DNA of 62,264 bases, filler included, from Nemertoderma westbladi (Eukaryota > Animalia > Xenacoelomorpha), in the NCBI GenBank assembly GCA_032718475.1. It is 3 parts of 3 records of this genome, joined end to end, with 100 filler letters (N's around TTAATTAATTAA, not from the genome) between each part and the next. Parts side by side here need not be neighbours in the genome. Positions count along the whole stretch, not along the records: positions 1 to 23,932 come from JAUCBJ010000656.1; 2 more parts are not named here. One strand, 5' to 3'. A program made the translations under genes and the position numbers. How positions within the stretch are numbered: position 1 is the first letter of the stretch; each line of letters opens with the position of its first letter. Of this stretch, positions 12,061 through 23,932 are shown piece after piece. The notes under the pieces were generated by a model. That model was not told where the DNA came from. It made no database searches and saw nothing but the letters and a program-made list of their open reading frames with translations.

Positions 12061-13852
12061 AAGACATGACGGTACTTTGGGTAACGACGGTGAGGGTCCG
12101 GGTGCACCACAGACGGATGTCCTGTAGACGGTTGTACCACATTCGTGTATCACTACAGTACAACGGGTGTTCCACCGACTGGTGTTTCGGCAGATGTTAA
12201 ATCAACTATATACGGGGTTTCCACATTGAAACATCATTTAAAGATTACTTTTACAGTTTTAATGAATAAATGAGAAGATTCGGTTTCGAGATAGACGTAC
12301 CCACACTCTTCGAAATTCCATCCACTTTAAATTGCCTTATAAATTACAGATATTGATGTTTAGCAAATATTCTACTAAGCTGGGTCCGAAATATTAAATA
12401 TGAAAAGGTGATTGCTCTTATCTTTGAATGACTCCAATGATTACTGACGATGACCCATCTGTTCTCTCAATTATTAATAGGTTATAATAATAAACCGTAT
12501 ATTATATATGCCCTACTATATGCTAAATATGCGGTACAGTTTCAATTTGTAAATATCATGGAAAGCTTTTAATGTAGATCAGTGCTACAATGTAGGCCTA
12601 CTCGTTTTAGGTGTGTGGGGCCCTACTTACCCCATATTAGCGAGCACAATACATGAGCCGCACACAGGCAATAAAGGGAATCGAATTTACATTGTAATCT
12701 CATTGATTGTTTACGGTCCTCCTTGAGGGATTTACACTAAACTGCTCAACATTTCACACGCCCCCTCCACTGCCATATAAAACTGAATAATTTATTTTAA
12801 AATATATGACGACGGAGATTACAATTTTTATTACTATTATATAATATATTCTAATACAATTATTACTATTCTGTCGCAATGAAACATCAATATAACCAGC
12901 AAACAAATCCCCTGCACGGTATTTCGAGAAACGTCTCCATTAGAATGGTTTCGACAATTTCTGTCATAAGCTCGTCTACTTGCTAAATGTTAAATATTGA
13001 CATAATAATGAACTACTGTACTCTATAATAGTATTGATAACAATGAAAATAACACCTACTGTTAATACCAACACCAACACATCCCACAACAAGGAATATA
13101 TAGATGGTATTGTTTTGCTCTTGGATTCTTTATAAAATTTTAAATCGGAAAATTTTTTTGAAAATTTTTGTAAGATAATAGACCACTAGACATCTCATAA
13201 ACATGTATTAAAAGTAAACGCATATGTAGCCAATATGATTCATGATTTAAATTAATTATAAACTACTTACCGGTACTGAAATACGATAATTACACAGATA
13301 CACAACGACGGTTTCCGAATTTGATAAGATGTTAAAATAGCTGAGATAATAGATATTATTTTGAAAATATAAGTAAATTATACCACTTAGTCTTATTCAA
13401 TCTAAATTCTTGATAGTGCTCTAATGTTAAATAATATGTTCTAGAATATTTTAAAATAAGTAGCTTTGCGCTGAAGCCGATTCCTAACTTAATTTCGGGT
13501 TTTGGTCGCGTGGTACCGGTACCACAAACAAAACTTACAAGTTTCATCTCGACAGCCTTAAATGACACAAATTATGTGGGGCCAAACTTTGTGGAGCCAA
13601 TATACAACATCCCAGAACACTGAATAATTAGTTATTCTCTTGTATCTATCTGGTTTATACATATGGAGAATGAATAAAAATTGCCTAGTCTGCCACCATT
13701 ACACACTAAAAACTATTTTGTTATGGAAATCCAAATCAACTTTATATTATTATATAACATACACGATGATGTAAATATTTTATAGTACTGCTATTTTTCA
13801 TCCGGAATGCGTAGAATGCTCTGTGTATGGGTGGTTCGGTTCGTAGTACGGC

Positions 13853-14188
13853 TTACAGTGTCGAATGTGGAATTTTCTCATTTAGTAGATATTTAATGTC
13901 GTATTCAATATCCTTTGGCTCTATGGGGGGGTCGTACCTCTTGAATGGTGTTCCTTGTTTATCGACAAGGAACTTTGCAAAGTTCCAATCAACTTCTGGA
14001 CCGGATTTCCCAACCAGACTGTTCTGGAGACACTTCCAGAGAGGATGGGCGCCCGGTCCAATAACTTCAATCTTACTGAACATATCAAACTTTACTCCAA
14101 ATTGTTGTACAAACTTCTTTATTTCGGAGTTTGTTCCGGGCTCCTGCTCTCCAAATTGGTTGCATGGGAACGCCAGGATACTCAACCC
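13853..14188 (-). CDS. GPX: Glutathione peroxidase (GPx4/PHGPx-like), last coding exon
   Basis: GLSILAFPCNQFGEQEPG, KIEVIGPGAHPLWK and WNFAKFLVD motifs. Polypyrimidine tract plus AG acceptor at 14190-14189, phase 0. Confidence 0.95.
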   Translation of the reverse strand, partial: GLSILAFPCNQFGEQEPGTNSEIKKFVQQFGVKFDMFSKIEVIGPGAHPLWKCLQNSLVGKSGPEVDWNFAKFLVDKQGTPFKRYDPPIEPKDIEYDIKYLLNEKIPHSTL

Positions 14189-14875
14189 CTAAATGAAACA
14201 AAGAAATGAAAGATGGATGACATTGATGAAATGTATTAAGAAATTTAATTTATATCTAAGAGCAGTCCAGTAATCAACAAAATAATAACACTCCCTTTTC
14301 CTTTTGAATGAATGACGCTATTTTTGAAATGTGTTAATAATGATGATGTTATGTAAAACAAACACTATTGATGGATGATGGTGTGATTAATAAACCATCC
14401 ACTTACACCATGTCCTGGAATATAGTGTCCTTATTCTGGTACATGGACACCACCCCCAAATTTTTCTACAAATCGTATTGAGATTGCATGAAATTTAAAA
14501 CAGAGTTAATTTCATCTCCCCCCTCCTTAGTGGGTGAGGCAGAATTTTTAATTTTGCGTTCGTTCTAAGCATATCGAAGTTGTGTACTAAAACAGATAAC
14601 ATCATTTTACAATGCTACCAATTATAATAAATAGGAGATTAGATGGATTTTGATTAGCAAATTCTACAAGTCTCTCAATTATTTTGATAGATATCAGCTT
14701 GAGTTAATATGAACAGAGTTGACTACTTTATAAGACTGACTATCTGATGGTGAGTCCAGTAAGTTTAATGAGCTGTGCGCTGCAATGCACAAGATTCTGT
14801 ATAATTATATATAGCAGGCCAGGCCGAAATTATTAATATCTTAATCATATGGGAGATAAAATGTAATGGAAATCG

Positions 14876-15095
14876 CCCATGTGAAGAATACCAGGATTTC
14901 ACTTTTCGGTCGACTTTTTATTGGAATTTTATATATGAAGATTTTTTATTTATATTAATTTATCTTTATTAAGTGTTTTATAGCGCTTATTTCTGTCTTA
15001 TAACCTGTACATATACTAATTCGTTTATTGTTTTGGTTAGATTCAGCCCTTCTGTAACCTGTGGTTTTGTGAAAACCTGGTATTCTTCACATGGG
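14876..15095. mobile_element. Small MITE in GPx intron
   Basis: 27-bp inverted repeats CCCATGTGAAGAATACCAGG(A/T)TTTCAC at both ends. Confidence 0.6.
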
Positions 15096-15212
15096 GGTAA
15101 CTGCAAAGTGAAATATAACGGCAGAAAGTCTGGTATTCTTCACAAGGGCCATGGAAATACTATATAAAGCTTAGGAGGCCGTTTGAATCCTCAGTCTTTG
15201 AATATCCGGAAG

Positions 15213-15572
15213 GCTATGCTATACTATGCTATGCTATGCTTTGCTATGCTATGCTATGCTATGCTATGCTATGCTATGCTATGCTATGCTATGCTATGCT
15301 ATGCTATGCTATGCTATGCTATGCTATGCTATGCTATGCTATGCTATGCTATGCTATGCTATGCTATGCTATGCTATGCTATGCTATGCTATGCTATGCT
15401 ATGCTATGCTATGCTATGCTATGCTATGCTATGCTATGCTATGCTATGCTATGCTATGCTATGCTATGCTATGCTATGCTATGCTATGCTATGCTATGCT
15501 ATGCTATGCTATGCTATGCTATGCTATGCTATGCTATGCTATGCTATGCTATGCTATGCTATGCTATGCTAT
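15213..15572. repeat. (ATGCT)n microsatellite in GPx intron
   Basis: Directly visible. Confidence 0.98.
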
Positions 15573-15921
15573 TCAATGCTTTACATTTTTCGTAAATCTC
15601 CACAATCGGGTAAAGCCTGGAATATTATGTTAATTTTGGATATAATTATTATATATATACATAATTATTATAACTTATATAGTATTATTATATATATATA
15701 TCTTATATAATATTATGGTGCTTAAGTATAGTCTAATATTCTGGTAGGGTAGATTGGGTAGTACAACTGGTACTTAATTTTACATTTTTACTGTGGACCT
15801 TAATTTTATTTAATAATATATGCCAGCTAGACTGGCGCCGTGCGCTTGTCTTGGCGCGAGACCAAAAAAATAGAGAACAACATTCCCATCGATTCTAAAG
15901 TTTATCATTGTTGTAACTTAC

Positions 15922-16092
15922 CCGATCGCCATAGGTGGAGTGCAGGTCCACCAGTTGCTGGTAGTTTGATTCAGTATATTTTCAGTAACTCGCCACATTG
16001 ACAATTAATATAACATTTCCTCGGTATCTCTCAAAATTAACCAGTTCTCCATCGATGTTCTTCGCAGAAAATGAAAAGCAGTTGCCCCCCAT
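15922..16092 (-). CDS. GPX: Glutathione peroxidase first coding exon with in-frame TGA (putative selenocysteine, codon 37, 15984-15982)
   Basis: Manual translation gives MGGNCFSFSAKNIDGELVNFERYRGNVILIVNVASY*KYTESNYQQLVDLHSTYGDR. A GTAAGT donor at 15921 joins in phase 0 to 14188, giving 168 aa. Missed by the ORF track. Confidence 0.92.
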
Positions 16093-16939
16093 ATTTTACT
16101 GTGTAAATAAGTTATCTTATAAATTTGAAGTGTGTCTTAATTAATTAATACATAGATAGTATTTAATAACATTAATAAAATATGAATAAATAAAGAAACG
16201 ATGAAACTTCTAGATTTCTCACTTTTTTTTTATAGTTATAAGTTGGTAGATTAAGTTTGCTAAAAGATTAACCATCCCAATCAAAGCAAGCAAAATCTAA
16301 TCTATCTAATCAAGGTGTAATCTAGAACATTTATAATTATACTTGTTTTTATTAAAATCCATTTCGATGCCCAGACTTATAAAAAAAAGTATCGTACTGG
16401 GAAATGGAAAACATTCGATTTTGCCATGTAGTGATTATTCCTTGGCGTACAATCTGGCACTTAATTTTACAATAATAGACGTTTTAATAGGGACGAGTGT
16501 TCCATGAAGCAAGGAATTAATGTACAAGCTTCTCGCATATGTACTGTATGTTTGCATGAGATGTTATAGCCACTTGTTTGGTGCCAATGAAAGGATAAGG
16601 TAGTTGTTTAATACTAAAGTGCTACCTACCCTATCGCCCCGCCATCGTGATGCCATGGATATATGAATGATATTCGTTATTCGGTTTCGAGAAATCCCAC
16701 TGAATTCTACTGGAAACATATTTGAAACCAAGTTAACGGTAGATCGACACCCGAAAACCAATTTGATGTCTGACTTAGTAGGCCTAATGATTTTATTTAT
16801 TTATTTTAAAATTCATAGTTGTTAATTACTGAATGGGACGATGATGGATGAATAAACAGCAACAAACCATCAGCCACAAGCATAAAATCAAGCAATACCA
16901 GCACAGAGCGACACAAAATGAAATTAAAATTAAACAAAA

Positions 16940-16994
16940 TTGAGTTTCGGCCGGCATCAGGCCTCGTCAGACGCAATGCCACGTGCGTGACACT
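16940..16994 (-). ncRNA. Putative type III hammerhead ribozyme (left arm)
   Basis: GUC-ACGCA[cguggcau]UGCGU-CUGACGA-GGCC[ugaugcc]GGCC-GAAAC. Stem III is weak. Confidence 0.55.
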
Positions 16995-17120
16995 AGATAC
17001 AGAAAGGCCTAGCCTAAACTGTAATAGTCAGTTTGACTATTTTTACTGTTGTGTTTTGGTCTTGTCAGTGTACTGCCATTTGCATACACTTTTTACAGTA
17101 GACTAGGCCTTTCTGAATCC

Positions 17121-17176
17121 AGTGTCACGCACGGGGCAGTGCGTCTGACGAGGCCTGATGCCGGCCGAAACTCAAT
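17121..17176 (+). ncRNA. Putative type III hammerhead ribozyme (right arm)
   Basis: GUC-ACGCAC[ggggca]GUGCGU-CUGACGA-GGCC[ugaugcc]GGCC-GAAAC. Stem III is weak. Confidence 0.6.
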
Positions 17177-17339
17177 TTAGTTTAATTTTATTTTCATTTT
17201 GTATCGCTCTGTGCTGGTATTGCCCGATTTTTTCTTGCGGCTGATGGTTTTTTACTGTTTATTCATCCATCGTCCCATTCAGTAATTAACAACTATGCTG
17301 TAAAATGGATGTCAAACATGACATCTAATTTTATAATTC

Positions 17340-18300
17340 AATTTTAGATTTGTTACCAGTTATTAGCAAGTGTTTTATCTAAAAGCCTCCGTTCGGTTTT
17401 TCTACAGCTGTAAGGAAGCATAGCCCTGCCCTGTAAGCACAACTTAGTAGGCTAAATCTGATCGAATTTGAGTCAGGTTTTCTAAATCGTACACAGCAGA
17501 CACATGCTTTATTAATTTAACGGATATCATTACACTGTATGTAATAATGCAAAGGGTTTATGTACTGGTATGGTAATGTTGGACCTACAAAAGGCATTCG
17601 AATCCGTTGATCATGAAATTTTACTTGGTAAAAATTATGCTTCACTGTAAGAGTTTGTATCTTGCGCACATTTTTTTGAGTTTTCGTTTAAAGGTAAATT
17701 ATGGAACTTCCACTTACCATTATGCACTTTATGAACTTGTTAAAGCGTAGTTACCTAACTCTACTATCTAAGCTATGTGTCCCAGATTAAGAAAACACGT
17801 CTGTATTTGGATGGTGTCTATGTTGGTATACTTTAATAAATCTTACTACTTTATTCTGAGCAATTTGTCTCACGGCGAAAGCAATATCCTGCAAAGCGGA
17901 GGCGGTTCCGTTCAAGTGTCAAGCTAGGGGAGACTAATGAAACACCTCCAAGGTTGCGCTGCGTCGGGAATTGTCACGCTCTTGGAAAGTTGTACAGATT
18001 GTAATTACATTAGGTTTAGGTTAGCATAGTTTTTTTAATGTAATTGTATTTGTAACCAAGTAGGATAAAGAACCTGTGGAAATGAAATGGAACCTATGAA
18101 AATAATATACACACCTGTGGAAAAAAACATATGGAAATAAGCTGAAAAGCTTTGGGTGTAATTTCTACATATACAGTATGCTATGTTGGACAATATCTGG
18201 GTCTATATTCTACATACCTTACATTGCTTGCGCTTGGTGTATTGTTATTGTTTGTACATGTAGAGTAAATACATGATGTATAAATAAAGCTATGTATCTA
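17340..18300 (+). mobile_element. Heavily deleted L2/Crack-like LINE relic containing a short RTE fragment (~17868-17950)
   Basis: RT motif GMVMLDLQKAFESVDHEILL at ~17566-17627. 3' UTR segments (TTGTCACGCTC.., ATGTATAAATAAA) match the reverse complement of 42290-42520. The internal piece matches the RTE at ~47937-48020. Confidence 0.65.
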
Positions 18301-18815
18301 ATTTATTACAGTAAAATTGAGTACTAGAGTAAAACAAACTACATTATATATAAAATATACATTGTCATAGTCATACATGCAACATGCATACATACAACAC
18401 GTTCAACCTATCTACAAGTAGGGTTAATATATCAAGCTTCTAATAAAGGCATAATTTATGTTCCACAGTACATAAATTGCCTTGCAGTGTGTATATTACA
18501 GTATGCTCTGCCTCTAATACAAACATTTATTGATTGAATCAAGCTAAGAGCATAATTGCTAACCACGAGTGACTCCTTTACACCGTGAAACTCATGTATA
18601 TTGATCATTGTTTATAATATACACAGTATTATACTGTACGTGATAATTATATACAGTATGTTCTCAGCTTCAAACTGAATAAGCCTAGCAATTATAGGCC
18701 AATATTCTCTAAATGACTATCGAATGGCTTTATTAATTGGACATGGGGTATGGATAATAAAAATAAAATAGAATATTGAGGGTCTTTAGCTGGTTATATT
18801 ATATTAATTAAAGAT

Positions 18816-18861
18816 ACAGTAGTAAACGTTTTCGACCTATCGGTCTGCATCAGACTACTGT
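18816..18861 (-). ncRNA. Degenerate minimal type I hammerhead ribozyme (Penelope pLTR type)
   Basis: ACAGUAGU-CUGAUGC-A-GACC[gaua]GGUC-GAA-AACGUU-U-ACUACUGU: perfect 8-bp stem I and palindromic stem III, but the core A9 is C. Confidence 0.55.
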
Positions 18862-19229
18862 AATGTACTAGCAACTAACAGTAAGAATAGAGGCTCTATA
18901 TAAATATAAGGTTTAATGGGGAGTATCTGATAGGTAAATTCCAGGAAAGGTAATGTGTAGCTACATTTTTTTTTTTTTTTTTTTTGCCGTGGTGTACTGT
19001 GTATAGTAAGTACACGAAGTGGGGCCTTCGCGCAGCACGTGACTTAAATTTAATTTAAGTACTAATTCGAAAGTATTACTGTATTAGCAAATTTTAAGCA
19101 GATTTCGCCTAATCACTTTTTACCTCTTTCATTTCTATTCAGACACTTCTGACTCTAGCGGTATAGTGAGAACTGAAGATGGATTAGGGTCTCCAGCCCC
19201 ACAAAGACACAGCCTATGGATGAATAGTA

Positions 19230-20345
19230 CATACGTACATCGGCTAAGTTTCATCTTGAATAACGGATAACGAAATGAGAGACGGATCTCACTTTCAGAA
19301 ATTTCGTCGTATAGCGGCAGACCGATTAAATCCCCCCCCCCCCCCCCCCCCCCCACAAAGACGCAGCATGTGGTCCAGAATATATGGCAAGATTCAGCTT
19401 AAACTGATTAAAATCAATGAGACGGGAGAATCTATTCACTTTCAGGCATAAAGTAGTCCTATAGCGGGTGACTGTTGAACTGATTTTCAACAAAACAAAT
19501 TTTCAACTTGGCAGCTTTAAATTCGACAAAGTTATAAGCATGTCAATATCATAACGACGACAACGATTTCACTTTCAGACATTTGGCCCTCTAGCGGCAG
19601 ACTGGAGAACTGCAGATGGATTCGCCTCCTTTGAAAGTCACAGCTAATGGTCTAATACATATCTGCCAAGTTTCAGCTTAAACTGATTAAAAGCAAAGAA
19701 ATGGGAGGGCATTTAATGTTTAGACATGTGGCCCTCTAGCGGGAGACCATTGCACTGATGGTGTCTGAAAGTCTCTCAAAAATCTCAACTTTAGCTCATA
19801 TTGATACCTACAAATTTTCAACTTGGCAGCTTTTAATCCGACAAAGTTATTAGCATGTCAAAATCGTAACGACGACAACGATTTCACTTTCAGACCTTTG
19901 GCCCTCTAGCGGCAGACTGGAGAACTGCAGATGGATTCGCCTCCTTTGAAAGTCACAGCTAATGGTCTAATACATATCTGCCAAGTTTCAGCTTAAACGG
20001 ATTAAAAGCAAAGAAATGGGAGGGCATTTAATGTTTAGACATGTGGCCCTCTAGCGGGAGACCATTGCACTGATGGTGTCTGAAAGTCTCTCAAAAATCT
20101 CAACTTTTGCTCATATTGATACCTACAAATTTTCAACTTGGCAGCTTTAAATCCGACAAAGTTATTAGCATGTCAAAATCGTAACGACGACGACGACGAC
20201 GACGACGACAACGACGACGACAACTATTTGCATAAATTGACCCACCCCCTAACAGTGTCAATTCGCTAAGGCTCCGCCAACTTCGTGGCTCGCCCCACAG
20301 TGTCAATTCGCTAAGGCTCCGCCAACTTCGTGGCTCGCCCCACAA
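19230..20345. repeat. 315-bp tandem units followed by (CGA)n and a duplicated 42-bp end motif; probable non-autonomous element
   Basis: TTTCAACTTGGCAGC recurs at 19501, 19816 and 20131. The end motif GCTCGCCCCACA also occurs at ~54396. Confidence 0.75.
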
Positions 20346-20880
20346 GCCTCATTTATTCACAAAATAATAAAAACCTTCAGAAATACAAACACAATTATAG
20401 GCACTATAACAAACAATTAAAAACAGTAATTACAGAAACGTGGGTAATTTGAATACAAATGGACAACCACCACCAGCCGTATTTGACGGCTGCCTAGCAA
20501 CCAGATTGCTATTTAAACAGTATGTACTGCTGTACTGTGTACTGCACTGCCTACCACTGCACTGCCATTCAGCCTGTTGGGTCCGAGTTTGCATTCGCTT
20601 GTATGTATGACTGTATGGTATAATTGGGTTAGGTAAGTTACACAGGATTATAAGATGGCACCCAAGGATCCTATCAAACTTAGACATTGGACTCCCCGAA
20701 CTAGACTTAAAGACACTAATTATTGTAGCCTTTATTTCGGTGCTGCCTTTATTTCCAGCCAGCCGCAACATTTTCTACATTCTACTGCCGCCGATTTTCC
20801 ACAACATAATTGACATGTTTTTGTAAATATCCTACCCTTCAGAAACACACAAACTATTTTTACATAATAAATATTTATAA

Positions 20881-21397
20881 TAATAATTCAGATGGACTGG
20901 GAATACCTTGTATTCTCATACATGTTACATTTCTAATAATTCAGATGGACTGGGAATACCTTGTATTCATACATGTTACATTTCTAGTAATTCAGATGGA
21001 CTGGGAATACGTTGTATTCATACATGTTACATTTATAATAATTCAGATGGACTGGGAATACCTTGTATTCATACATGTTACATTTCTAATAATTCAGATG
21101 GACTGGGAATACGTTGTATTCATACATGTTACATTTATAATAATTCAGATGGACTGGGAATACCTTGTATTCATACATGTTACATTTCTAATAATTCAGA
21201 TGCACTGGGAATACCTTGTATTCATACATGTTACATTTCTAATAATTCAGATGCACTGGGAATACCTTGTATTCATACATGTTACATTTCTAATAATTCA
21301 GATGGACTGGGAATACCTTGTATTCATACATGTTACATTTCTAATAATTCAGATGGACTGGGCATACCTTGTATTCATACTGTACATGTTACATTTC
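20881..21397. repeat. 51-bp minisatellite, ~10 copies
   Basis: Unit ATAATTCAGATGGACTGGGAATACCTTGTATTCATACATGTTACATTTCTA. Confidence 0.95.
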
Positions 21398-21683
21398 AAG
21401 GCTTGGAAGTAACCATTTATATATTTAGGTCTGACGAATTTAGTTAGGGAAGGTTTACTTGACATTGCATTTGCATTGAACAGAAATAGTTTTGGCACTT
21501 TTTCTGAACTGGAATTTTAATTTTTTAAAACTGAAACTTTAATATTATTAAATAAAAAAAGAAAATAAAGTATTAGATAGTATTAAATATTATTACATTT
21601 TTTGACTATTTTCAATTTCTTTAGCAGAAGTGAAGCGCACGCTAAAAATAGCAAGAGTGCAAAATACAATACAAATAAAAAGA

Positions 21684-21832
21684 AGATCGGAATCTCGGTA
21701 GAAGGAGATCGGAATCTCGGTAGAAGGAGATCGGAATCTCGGTAGAAGGAGATCGGAATCTCGGTAGAAGGAGATCGGAATCTCGGTAGAAGGAGATCGG
21801 AATCTCGGTAGAAGGAGATCGGAATCTCGGTA
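21684..21832. repeat. 22-bp minisatellite, ~7 copies
   Basis: Unit AGATCGGAATCTCGGTAGAAGG. Confidence 0.95.
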
Positions 21833-22742
21833 AAAATTAAATTTATTTATCGCATGGAAATAAAATAGTGCTTTATTTCCGCCTTCCTATGTCCCCGAAT
21901 ATATAATTTACCGCGATCACTATTTACACCACAAAGGTACATTAGGGAACAGGTTTGTTTTATTTTCATATAATACGTAATTTTTCTCATAACACGTAAA
22001 TGTTTTACGTAAGTTTTACTAACACGTAAGTTTTACAGCCTAAAAATTACATATATTTTCATGAAAAATCAATAAATGGCAGTCGGGTTTATCGGTAGGT
22101 TATATACTTCATAAACCTATAAATGTCACCTACTTGTTATGTATTTTGAGACACAGGTTTATTCGAACTGAAACTAGAACTGAAACTGACATTATTACTT
22201 TTTGGGAACTTGATCTGAAAAGATTTATTCGAACTGAAACTGAAACCGACACTACTCTAATTTTGATTCAGTTCGCAGCACTACTGTAGTGACACTTCCA
22301 CGCTCCACGGGCTTTGTGATACGTCGATAGTGATAATTTAGTATATTTAGGCAGGTTTGTTATATTATAAAGATTGGTTAACGCTAAAAAAAATAAGGGG
22401 AAATCTGAAATTAAACTTAAAATAATCAACATTATAATTATTTTTTAAAATTTATTATCATCAATAATTATTATTGAAATCATAAATTATTGCTACTAAA
22501 TGTAATTCAACAATTTGTAACTTGCTTTCAGTTTTATAATTGTTTAACTGTCCATTTACTCAACTCAACTAGGAGAACAAAAATGTGATAGATATCCTCT
22601 CGAGATTCTCCAAATGGAACAATATTTAGTTTACTTTATTCGGGCCGGAGAAAATACGAAATATAGACAGGATAAATCTATCGAGGTAATGGTATAAATA
22701 ACCCGTAGTCGTAGTATGGCAGTGGGAACCGGACCGGTAAAT

Positions 22743-23756
22743 CTATCTCGGCCTTGCCTTTGGCAGCATCATTGCTTCATTATACTTGGAGCCCATCACC
22801 ACGCTTCCATCTTTACCATCGCCTCGCAGTTCTAATATCAGTTTCCAAGCATCTATATAGTTGGCTTTCCATAAACTGACGCAATCATCCACACCAGCGC
22901 TCGCTAATATCGTACCGGTAACATTCCAACATACACGCCAAACAACGCAATCGTCGCGCAGCGGGACCTTACTGAGCAACTGGTAGGGAGTGGGACCGTT
23001 CGTGGGTTTAATGATAAACACCTGGCAACCCTTGGCGCCCGCCACTGCGAGCATAGAGTAGGAGCGCCCCAGATGGGGGGCGAAAGCCAAGTCATTAACG
23101 GGACTCATTAACTCGAGACTTAGGTCGACCGCTATCCACTGCCGCTGCTGACTGCTGTACTCGAATAAGGCGACTCGACAGGCCGTCTGCTGGGGGTTGG
23201 CATTGTCGCTACCAGCAGCGAGAAGCGGCGGGTGTCGCATCGAGCCATTCCACGCGACGCAACTCAACCCCATCTTACACTGTATCTCAGCGTGCATCGT
23301 CCAGTGACTCGGGTTAAGAACATCCGTGGCCTCGTACACGCGGACGTGTCCGTCCAGAGAGCTGGTCGCTAGCATTAAGCCGAGGTGTTTCGGTGCGAAT
23401 CTCACGTCGGTAACCGAGCCGCTCGAGTCGACCAGGTTGCCGCGTTTCAACCAACTCACGTGCGTCTCGCCCTGCGGTCCGCGGCTCACGTGCTGCTCCC
23501 AGACGATAGCGGTTCGATCGAATGAACAGGTCGCCAGCAGCGTGCCGAACTCTGGATGCGCCCAGTTTACCTTCCAGATAGAGCCGTGGTGCGCTTTCCA
23601 CGTTTCCGTAAGATGCCATTCCTTCTCGGAATCTAGACTGAATACCTCCACTGTCTGGTCCGACGAACACGTGGCCATTCTACGGCCATGGTAGTCGAAG
23701 GCCACGTCATGTATGAGGTCTTTGTGAGAGGTTGTAATAGGATTGGAGGAATACAT
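22743..23756 (-). CDS. SEH1L: Nucleoporin SEH1 (WD40; Nup107-160 and GATOR2 subunit), intronless CDS
   Basis: HKDLIHDVAFDYHGRRMATCSSDQ, WAHPEFG, ATCSFDRT, VTDVRFAPKHLGL, VWRVCWNVTGTILAS and WKANY are hallmark SEH1 segments. Complete 337-aa ORF. Confidence 0.96.
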   Translation of the reverse strand: MYSSNPITTSHKDLIHDVAFDYHGRRMATCSSDQTVEVFSLDSEKEWHLTETWKAHHGSIWKVNWAHPEFGTLLATCSFDRTAIVWEQHVSRGPQGETHVSWLKRGNLVDSSGSVTDVRFAPKHLGLMLATSSLDGHVRVYEATDVLNPSHWTMHAEIQCKMGLSCVAWNGSMRHPPLLAAGSDNANPQQTACRVALFEYSSQQRQWIAVDLSLELMSPVNDLAFAPHLGRSYSMLAVAGAKGCQVFIIKPTNGPTPYQLLSKVPLRDDCVVWRVCWNVTGTILASAGVDDCVSLWKANYIDAWKLILELRGDGKDGSVVMGSKYNEAMMLPKARPR

Positions 23757-23932
23757 TATTTATTTCATGGGTATGTCACGATTGCAGGATTGGGGGGTAG
23801 CCTAGGCCTACATATATTTTACATTAACGTTATTTTACAGTATACCGGTAGTGTCAGAACAGGTTGTCCCAGAAGGGTAAATCTTTTCGACCTACGCGTA
23901 GCTACGCGTAGTTTGTAACTTCCATTCTTGTC

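Larger units (their letters stand above)
16814..17297. mobile_element. Palindromic element with ~200-bp inverted arms and ~90-bp spacer
   Basis: CATAGTTGTTAATTACTGAATGGGACG... at the left is mirrored at the right. The arms match through to AGGCCTAG. Confidence 0.85.

Noticed and set aside
10226-12175. Repetitive ORFs and CRISPR-like appearance of the 21-40 bp arrays
   Set aside because: Head-to-tail repeats with no unique spacers, no cas genes and a eukaryotic context.
13785-13850. Candidate SECIS hairpin just after the GPx stop
   Set aside because: ACGA instead of AUGA, a short imperfect helix II and no well-placed apical AA; not supportable by eye.
15183-15710. YAMLC-repeat ORFs
   Set aside because: Translation of an (ATGCT)n microsatellite in an intron.
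20810-21447. 17-aa repeat ORFs
   Set aside because: Translation of a 51-bp minisatellite that is open in two frames.
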